Shown here one piece after another: positions 10,813-19,800 of a stretch of DNA of 64,000 nucleotides. This DNA comes from Bacteroidales bacterium (lineage in GTDB: Bacteria > Bacteroidota > Bacteroidia > Bacteroidales > WCHB1-69), in NCBI GenBank assembly GCA_017994425.1, contig JAGOKS010000002.1, positions 3,060 through 67,059 of the forward strand, read 5' to 3'. The notes under the pieces were generated by a model. It had not been told where the DNA came from, did no database searches, and saw only the letters and a list, made by a program, of their open reading frames with translations. Positions within the stretch are counted from its first letter, which is position 1; every line of letters starts with the position of its first letter. Both the position numbers and the translations under genes were made by a program.

Positions 10813-11904
10813 ATGAAAACAAATTGTAATACAAACATTTTTTTATTAATAAATAGTATTATCATACTGAATTTAAATATTATACAAGCACAACAAGCCG
10901 ATATTCCTATTGGGAAATACACTGATGAATGGCGAGATAAAACCGGCTTGCGCGTTTGTTTTTATAATTTGGAAAATGCTTTTGATTGTGAAAATGATTC
11001 CTTGAAAAATGATGATACTTTTACTCCCGAAGGATTGAATCATTGGAACTATTTTAAATTTAAAAAGAAATTAAACAACATAGCCAAAGTTTTTATTGCC
11101 ATTGGAGGCTGGGAACCTCCTGAAATTATAGGTGTTTGTGAAATTGAAAACGAAAAAGTAATCAAACAGCTATTGTATTATACGGCATTGAAAAAATTTA
11201 ACTACCGCTATATCCATTATGAATCCAATGATTTTAGAGGTATTGATGTCGCATTATTTTATAGACCTGATAAATTTAAAATTTTACACTCTAATCCGAT
11301 AGCAATTATCGACTCATCAAAACTAAGTTCCGGGACAAGAGATATTTTATATGTTATGGGCGTTTTACCTCATCAAACAAATGACACCTTGCATATATTT
11401 GTCAATCACTGGCCTTCACGTTATGGGGGTTATGCTGCCAGTATCGAAAAAAGAAATTTTGCAGCTAATGTACTTCGTGCAAAAATCGATACTATTTTAA
11501 ACAATAATAACACAGCTTCCATACTAATTATGGGAGATTTTAATGATTACCCAACAGATGAAAGCATTACAAAATATCTCAATGCAAGTATAAATCCGAG
11601 AAATATAAGCGAAAAACAATTATTGAATACCATTTACCCCTATCTTATAATGAACAATGTCGGGACCCACAAATACCAAGAGCATTGGGGTGTTTTAGAT
11701 CAAATAATTGTTTCTTCAGCCATGATAACTAAAAATATTGGATGGAAAATTAAATCTACTGCTGTCATTTTTAATGCAGATTTTCTTTTAATACCGGATG
11801 AAATGTATTTAGGCCAAAAAACTTTTCGTACCTATACAGGCTTTCGATACCAAGGTGGATATTCTGATCATCTTCCTGTTTTTATTGACATTATTTGCCA
11901 ATAA
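10813..11904 (+). CDS. Endonuclease/exonuclease/phosphatase (EEP) family protein, secreted
   Basis: Signal peptide. EEP motifs GDFND and the C-terminal catalytic SDHLPV. Confidence 0.75.
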   Translation: MKTNCNTNIFLLINSIIILNLNIIQAQQADIPIGKYTDEWRDKTGLRVCFYNLENAFDCENDSLKNDDTFTPEGLNHWNYFKFKKKLNNIAKVFIAIGGWEPPEIIGVCEIENEKVIKQLLYYTALKKFNYRYIHYESNDFRGIDVALFYRPDKFKILHSNPIAIIDSSKLSSGTRDILYVMGVLPHQTNDTLHIFVNHWPSRYGGYAASIEKRNFAANVLRAKIDTILNNNNTASILIMGDFNDYPTDESITKYLNASINPRNISEKQLLNTIYPYLIMNNVGTHKYQEHWGVLDQIIVSSAMITKNIGWKIKSTAVIFNADFLLIPDEMYLGQKTFRTYTGFRYQGGYSDHLPVFIDIICQ

Positions 11905-11950
11905 ATAATTAATTTTCAGAATATAAGGCATACATGAAATTAAACGAAAA

Positions 11951-13186
11951 TTACTTTAAAATTGAATTTTTAAATATTTTTTCTGAAATTTTTACTACTG
12001 GAATGTAAGTAGCAGGGAAACAGATTGCGGTAACAGTAAGCAAAATAAATACTATATCTCTTCCATAAATTTGAACCGGATAATAATTTAACAAATAAGA
12101 ACCGTCGCCAAAATGGATAAAATGAAATCTTATTTGCAGCCAACAAAAAATACCTCCTATAATCAAACCCATAATGGCTCCTGACAAGCTGATAAGCATC
12201 CCTTCAAACATAAATATACGCTTAATGAACGTATTATCTGCTCCTAAGCTGTATAAAACATTAATATCTTTTTGTTTATCCAGCACTAAAATAGCAATCA
12301 TACCAATAATATTAAAAGAAGCCACTAAAAGAATGAAAGAAAGAATAAGATAAATAGCCATCTTTTCTGACTTCATTACTTTATAAAGCTCATTTTCTTG
12401 TTGATATGCATCTTTTACTTCATAGGTACTTCCAATAATGGCAATAATATTTTCTTTTATATTTTTTATTGAAGTATTGCTGTTTATTCCTATTTCTATG
12501 GATGTAACTTGATTTGTATAATTCATCAACTTACGTGCAAAATCGATGGGGACAAACACATAAGAACCGTCGTAATCCGTACCGGACGCAAAAAAACCAA
12601 AAGGGGTTAAACGTTCTGTAATGATATTCTGTGATGGATTTGTAGGATTTAATTTCTTATTTCTATTGGGATAATATATGGTTAAAGAATTATTAATCAA
12701 AGGAGAAGTCGCACATTTCAAGCGATTTGCCACACCGGATCCCAAAATAGCAAAATAATTATCTCCCTTTTGCAATAAATATTCACCTGCATAAACCATG
12801 GTATCCAAGCGTTTTAATCGATAATAATCAGGATAAACTCCTTTTATCTTGGCAATAAATTGACGATCTTCATATACAAATACAGACACATCAGATAAGA
12901 CTTCCGTAAGGTAATAAATACCTTCAAGTTGTTGTATTTTTTGTAAATCAGCTTTTGACATGCTGAACGTTTTTCCTTCCTTTGGAAATATGGCAAGGTC
13001 GGCATTGAAAGAATTAAAATTTAATGAAACATAATTTTGTAAACCGTTAAATATCGAAAGCACCACAAATAAGGCTCCTGTCGACACCATAACACTGACC
13101 AAAGAAACTATAGAAATCACATTGATAATCGTATGCGATTTCTTTGCAAAAAGGTAACGAAATGCTATAAAAAAAGAGGTTTTCAA
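11951..13186 (-). CDS. FtsX-like ABC transporter permease (LolC/E-like)
   Basis: N-terminus MKTSFFIAFRYLFAKK is typical of the LolE/FtsX family. One N-terminal TM, a large periplasmic loop and three C-terminal TMs. 4-nt overlap with rbfA. Confidence 0.8.
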   Translation of the reverse strand: MKTSFFIAFRYLFAKKSHTIINVISIVSLVSVMVSTGALFVVLSIFNGLQNYVSLNFNSFNADLAIFPKEGKTFSMSKADLQKIQQLEGIYYLTEVLSDVSVFVYEDRQFIAKIKGVYPDYYRLKRLDTMVYAGEYLLQKGDNYFAILGSGVANRLKCATSPLINNSLTIYYPNRNKKLNPTNPSQNIITERLTPFGFFASGTDYDGSYVFVPIDFARKLMNYTNQVTSIEIGINSNTSIKNIKENIIAIIGSTYEVKDAYQQENELYKVMKSEKMAIYLILSFILLVASFNIIGMIAILVLDKQKDINVLYSLGADNTFIKRIFMFEGMLISLSGAIMGLIIGGIFCWLQIRFHFIHFGDGSYLLNYYPVQIYGRDIVFILLTVTAICFPATYIPVVKISEKIFKNSILK

Positions 13187-13527
13187 TTTTTTAATAAATT
13201 CTCAATGTTTTCTAAATAATCCAAGGTATCATCGAGAAAAAAAGTTAATTCAGGTACGATACGTAATTGATGTTTAACTCTTTGTGCTAATTTATAACGT
13301 ATTTCTTTATTTTTTTCTTCTATCAAATGAATACTGAATTTTTTGTCTTTGCCGGAAAAAACACTTAAAAATATACGCGCTATCGATAAGTCCTTTGTTA
13401 CACTAACGCGAGTAACAGTAATTAAACTCTGATCCGGAATAATATGTGTTTCTGTTTGAAAAATTTCTGCGATTTCTTTTTGTATTAATCGGGCAACTTT
13501 TTGTTGACGTGTTGTTTCCATTATCAA
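13183..13527 (-). CDS. rbfA: Ribosome-binding factor A
   Basis: 114 aa with the RQQKVARLIQKEIAEIF signature. Confidence 0.9.
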   Translation of the reverse strand: MIMETTRQQKVARLIQKEIAEIFQTETHIIPDQSLITVTRVSVTKDLSIARIFLSVFSGKDKKFSIHLIEEKNKEIRYKLAQRVKHQLRIVPELTFFLDDTLDYLENIENLLKN

Positions 13528-13588
13528 ATGCTTTATGTGTGTATTAAGCTAGGTATTCAATGTATCCTCTCTGTTTTTTTATATGATG

Positions 13589-13596
13589 CAAAAGTA
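13589..13596 (-). promoter_or_regulatory. -7 promoter box (TACTTTTG on minus strand) for the rbfA operon
   Basis: The plus strand reads CAAAAGTA. The extended minus-strand form TGTACTTTTGCA is shared with the acpP box, and its TGTACTTTTG core also with the polA and buk boxes. Confidence 0.55.
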
Positions 13597-13760
13597 CATT
13601 TTTTAGCCATATAGATGAAATCTCTTTATCAAATTTTTATGACATGAATTTGATGCTGGTTTTCATTCACATGCGATTTTAACAATATTTATCAGTATTC
13701 AATTAAAAGAATATGTTTCTTATTAACGATAAAATCTTCATTTATTTTTGTTTTATTTTG

Positions 13761-13768
13761 TACATTTG
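13761..13768 (+). promoter_or_regulatory. -7 promoter box (TACATTTG) for the glucan-synthase-like gene
   Basis: Matches TAnnTTTG, 81 nt upstream of the ATG at 13849. Confidence 0.4.
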
Positions 13769-13848
13769 CAGAATTAAAAAAAACAAAGAAAACACAGTCT
13801 GCCATTATTTATTAAAGGTCAATATTAAATTAACTCATTCAAAAAAAC

Positions 13849-16800
13849 ATGATTTATAAAGAGTTTGTTTTAAGTATTCAACAAATCACTACTTATTATA
13901 AAATATTAGTAGAAGAAACTAAAAACAAAAAAACAGTAGGAAGTACCAATGAGTGGATATTGGATAATTATTTTATTATTAGTGAACAAGAAAAATCAAT
14001 TCGTGATGAACTTCGTTCAAAAGTAATAAAAAGTATCAAATCTAAACGTAAAAAACTTTTGTATGAATTACTGGATGCCATTTTATATAAATCCAACTAC
14101 CAAATAGATATTAATCTTATTTTTAATGAAATCAATGAATACCAGCAAAAGCAAAACGATTATTTTTCCTATACTGAAATTTCTTTCCTATATATCTTAT
14201 TTAGAATTATTCTCATACAAAAAATAAGTAATTTATCTCAGCATTTACAAATAAAATTGCATGCTAAAATTGAGGCAGAAAACTTTTTTAATAACTTAAA
14301 AAAAGAAGAGCTAAGCACTAATGATTTAACTTCACAAATAAAACAAATACTTCAAAATGAAAGCTATCTAAAAAATCCGTTTTTTCTAGATCAATTAAAC
14401 AATTTATTTAATAGCATCAACAACATACCGGAAATACTTCATCTTCATTTCAAAGAAATATTTATCAAATCGCACAAGATATTACAACAGCAAATGGATG
14501 AATCTGCTGCTAATAACATATTGATAACAAACCTTTTTATTTCATTGAAAAAAATGACAAAATTCGAAATTTCCGAATTCTATTCACATATTAGTTTTAC
14601 GGAAAACATTTTAATCAATGAAAAAGTAGGAATGTACAATCAAATGTACGATAACAATAAAGATAATTATCGCGCAAAAATAATTCGAGACGCTAAAAAA
14701 CTACATATCTCCGAATATCAATATGCTATACAAGTTGTTGAACAAGCAAATAAAATTAATCAACATGTAGGTTGGACCTTGTTCACACCGAAAAAATACA
14801 GAGAACGCTCTTATGCATATATATCTATTGTTGCTTTCTTTACAATTATACTGTCTTTTTTGCTCTCCTTATACATGGGCCCTTTTGCCTTTTTATTATT
14901 ATTAGTTCCTATAAGTCAGTTTGTAATAGAACTTTTCAATCAATTGTTGCAATACCTTCATAAACCTAATAGTACGCTGAAATTAAAATTTGAAAACAGT
15001 ATACCAAAAGAATACGCTACCATGGTAATTATTCCTACCATCATCAAAACCAAAGAAAAAATAGATCAAATGTTTGATAAGCTCGAAGTATACTATCTTT
15101 CAAATTTTTCCGATAACTTATATTTTACCTTATTGGGAGATTGTTCTTCAGAAACAAGTAAATATAGCGATGTAGATACCGAGCTCATAGCAACCGGACT
15201 GAAAAAAGTGAAAGAGTTGAACGAAAAGTACAATAAGAACATTTTTAACTTTGTGTACCGTCAACGATTTTATAGTGAAAGTGAAGGATGTTTCCTTGGT
15301 TTTGAACGTAAACGAGGAGCTATTCTTCATTTCAACGATTTATTACTTGGTAATTTATCGGAAGAAAAGAAAAAAGAACTTTTCCAATGTCAAACATTGG
15401 ATAATTTTGACATATCGATAAGCTATATTATTACTTTAGATACAGATACACAATTAGTATTGTATTCCGCTTTTCAATTGATAGGAGCCATTGCCCATCC
15501 GATGAATCAACCGGTACTTTCACAAGATGGCAAGCATGTTGTTTCGGGCTATGCTATTATGCAACCACGTGTAAATGTTGATATTGATGTCACAAATAAA
15601 TCTCGTTATGCCCAATTATTTTCGGGGTTAGGAGGCTTAGATGTATATACTACCGCTTCTTATGAATTATATCAAGATACATTTAATGAAGGGAGTTTTG
15701 TCGGGAAAGGGATTTATAACCTAAAAATATTTCAACAAATATTATCCGGCACATTCCCTCAAAACCTGATTCTTAGTCATGATTTATTGGAAGGTAATTA
15801 TTTACGTTGCGGGTTAATTAACGATGTAATCTTGTTTGATGATAGTCCGTCCAATTATCTGGATGATGCTAAGCGTCATCATCGATGGGTAAGAGGTGAC
15901 TGGCAAATCATACAATGGTTAAAGAAAAACGTGAAAAACGAAAAAGGGGAAACTGTTCGCAATCCCATCAATACCCTTGGTAAATGGAAAATATTCGATA
16001 ATCTGCGACGCAGTGTTATGAGTATGTCTTTATTAATTTTACTCTTTTTCGGTTTTACTTTCGGCAAACACAATCCATTGATATATTTAATGGTTGTCCT
16101 GATAGTAGTTTCAACTCCTATTCTTTTTTATTTGTTATCGCGAATTATTTTTAAACGAAAATACAGCCGATATCTTCGATATTATATGACCTTAGCTCGT
16201 GGCATTGCAGTAGTTATCAATAAGTCTTTAATTGTTTTATCTATTCTGCCAAAAGAGGCTTTTATGTATTTCGATGCGATTGTCAGGGCTTTATACAGAA
16301 TGTTTATAAGTAAAAAGAATTTACTCAATTGGATTACTTCTGAAGATGCGGAGAAGATGACGAAAAACACACTCAAAAGTTATATTCGTAATTTCCGTGT
16401 CAATTTTGTATTTGCCCTTTTGTTTATAGCAGGAACTTGGTATTTTAAAACAGAAGAAACTTCTCTTTACCTGATGGTTGCCATCCTCATTGCTTGCTTG
16501 TGGTGTCTTGCTCCGTTTAGGATGTATTGGCTTGGGAAAAAAATTAAAACAGACGAAAAACATCTGCAAGAAAAACAACTGGAAGAAATTAAAGAAATTG
16601 CTTTCCGGACATGGAACTACTTTCATACATTATTACATGAAGAAACAAATTTTTTAATCCCTGACAATTATCAATTAAGTCGAACACAGAAAACAGACTA
16701 TAAAACATCTCCTACGAATATTGGATATTCCATGCTTAGTGTGATTTCTGCCTATGAATTAGGTTTTATTTCTTTAAAAGAAGCCTCTTATTTTCTCGAA

Positions 16801-19800
16801 AAAATTATAGAAACTGTTACCAAATTGAAAAAATGGGAAGGGCATTTATTTAACTGGTACAATATTTATAGCCTAGAAGAACTGAATCCATATTTCGTTT
16901 CTTCTGCCGATAGTGGAAATTTTGTAGCCTGTTTATATGTTGTCAAGGGATTTTTAAAAAAAATAGATAATAAAATACTTTTAAATAATGTCTTACGTCT
17001 TATCGACAATACTAACTTCAGCAAATTATACAATAAGGACTTGGATGTTTTCAGTATAGGTTTTGATTATCGTGATCAGCATTTACTCCCTTATCACTAT
17101 AACAATTTTGCTTCAGAAGCACGTTTAACAAGTTTCATAGCCATCAGTAAAGGTGATGCTCCTTATAAGCATTGGTTTTGTTTGGATAAAACCCTGACAA
17201 AATATAAATTCTACAAAGGAGTTGCTTCATGGTATGGTACTCTATTTGAATATTTCATGCCCTTGATTTTTATGAAAACATTTAAGCATACGCTTATGGA
17301 CGAGACCTATGCATTTGCCTATTACGCACAAAAAGAATTTATGAAAGAAATAGACAAAAACCTCCCATGGGGAATTTCGGAATCAGGATATAATGAATTG
17401 GATGATGCCCAAAATTATAAATATAAAGCCTTTGGTGTTCCTTATTTAAAATTTCAAAATACTATTTCTAATCGTATCGTCATTTCTCCTTACAGTTCAC
17501 TAATGGTTATCAGTACCAAAGACAAAGAAGTATATGAAAATATTCAAAAATTCAAACAATTGAATATGTACTCTGAATTCGGGTTCTTTGAATCTTATGA
17601 TGAAGAAGATAAAGTAAATGTAGAAGCCCATTACGCTCATCATCAGGGAATGATATTGGCATCATTAACTAATTATTTAAAATCAAACTGTATACAAAAT
17701 TATTTCCATCAAGATAAAAAAATCCAATCGATGGAAACCCTACTCAAAGAAAAGGCACAAATTAAGCCTTATATTGACTTGAAAATATCTAAATACAAAC
17801 GATTTAAATATCCCAAAGAACGACAAGAAAACGACATACGTGAATATGACAATCTAAGTCCGATTCCGGAAATAGGAGTTCTATCGAATGGTTATTATAC
17901 CTTATTAATCAATGACAGAGGCTGTGGTTTTAGCCGTTACAAAGATATTTACATCAATAGGTATCGTAAGATAACCGCTGAAAATTACGGTATTTTTATG
18001 TATATCCGTGATATTTATTCGGGAAAAATATGGTCAAACACCTATGCCCCTTTAAATGTAAAACCTGATAAATATCGTGTTATTTTTGCATCCGACCGCA
18101 TTAAATACATTCGAGAAGACAGTGGTATTATTACTACAACTGAAATGTGTGTGGTTAAAGATAAGAATGCAGAAATTAGAAAAATATCCTTTGAAAATCA
18201 AACTTCTAAAGATGTGGTTTTAGAATTAACCTCCTACGGAGAAGTTATTATGTGTCAAAACGACAGGGATATAGCACATCGTTCTTTCAACAGCATGACG
18301 ATTTACAGTGAATTCGATGAACAAAGCTCCACTTTAATTTTTACGCGTAAATCTCGCCATAATAAAGATACTAAATACTACGTAGCTTCACGCATGTTTT
18401 TTGACAATGAAAACGATTTAAAGATTGAATATGAAACATCCCGATTACATTTTATCGGTCGCAATAATACCACAGGAAATCCCAATGTCATTATAAACAG
18501 GGGAAATCTGTCAAAAGGATTAGGTTCTTCTTTAGATCCTATCATGAGTATTCGTCGCGAGATTATTGTAAGGGCAGGACAAAAAGAAAGCATTTTTCTA
18601 AGTGTTGCCTTCGGAAAATCGCGTGAGCAGGTTTTAGATATTGTAAATGGATTTCGTAACAATTTTGATGTAACTGTTGCTTTTGAAATGGCTACCGCTT
18701 TAAATAATATGAGAACCGGATATTCACAGTTAAAGGGAGTTCAAATGCGTTTGTATAATACTATTTTAAAACATATTTTTCAAACATCATCGAATAGTGA
18801 ATCCCGAAAATCTATATTGAGAAAAAATACATTAGATCAAACTAATCTATGGAAATTCAGCATTTCCGGCGATTTACCGATTATTTTAATAGAAATAGAT
18901 GCCATCGAAAACGCATTAATATTAAAAGATGTTTTACAAGCCTATGAATTTTATAAAAGCAGAGGCGTTTACGTTGATATTGTTATTATTAACAATGAAA
19001 AAGAATCGAATGAGGAACTATTAAAAAAATATATTTCTGATTTAGTAAATAAAATTTACTATTTCAATTATTTTGAAAATTCATCGGGGAACGTACATAC
19101 TCTCTCTTCTTCAGAATTAAGTGAAGAAGAAAAAACGCTTTTATATACCATTGCTCGTATAAGCATTAATACTTCAAGCGGTAAATCTTTGGAAAAGCAA
19201 ATGCAAGAACTGGAAACTGATTTATTCTCCTGTGCCGATGATTGTAAATATACCGCACTGTTAACAAAAGATATAAAACACCCTAAAAATTTAATGTTTT
19301 ATAATGAGTTCGGAGGATTTATCGATAATGGAAACGAATATTATATTACAAATATTAATACTCCCATGCCCTGGATTAATGTAATTGCCAATCCTGATTT
19401 TGGTTTTATTATAAGTGGCTGGATGAGTGGGTTTACGTATGCATATAACAGCCAAGCCTATAAAATTAGCTCTTGGTCTAACGACATGGTTGGAGATCCT
19501 CCTTCGGAACTAATATTAATAAATAAGCAACGTTTTATTCCTACTGCCGCTCGTCATGGATTTGGCTATTCACTATTCATGGCAAATTCATATGCTTTTA
19601 ATATTCAAATAAAAGTATTTGCTTCCTTACAAGATAAAATTAAATATTATCTTATTAATATAGAGAATATTATTCCCTCTGATCAAAATATACAATTAAG
19701 TTTGATAACTAAACTAGTTTTAGGTGTTACCGAAGAAAAAACAAACCGTCATCTTCTATCAAACTGGAGTGAAGAAGATAATTGTTTATATTTTACCAAT

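Noticed and set aside
13528-13848. Hidden RNA genes (tRNA, riboswitch, sRNA) in the larger spacers: 13528-13848, 21544-21734, 34470-34697, 39796-39980 and 46880-47286.
   Set aside because: By eye I found no GC-enriched, cloverleaf-like or conserved riboswitch-like structure. The spacers are uniformly AT-rich. I cannot exclude sRNAs without covariance-model searches (Infernal/Rfam).
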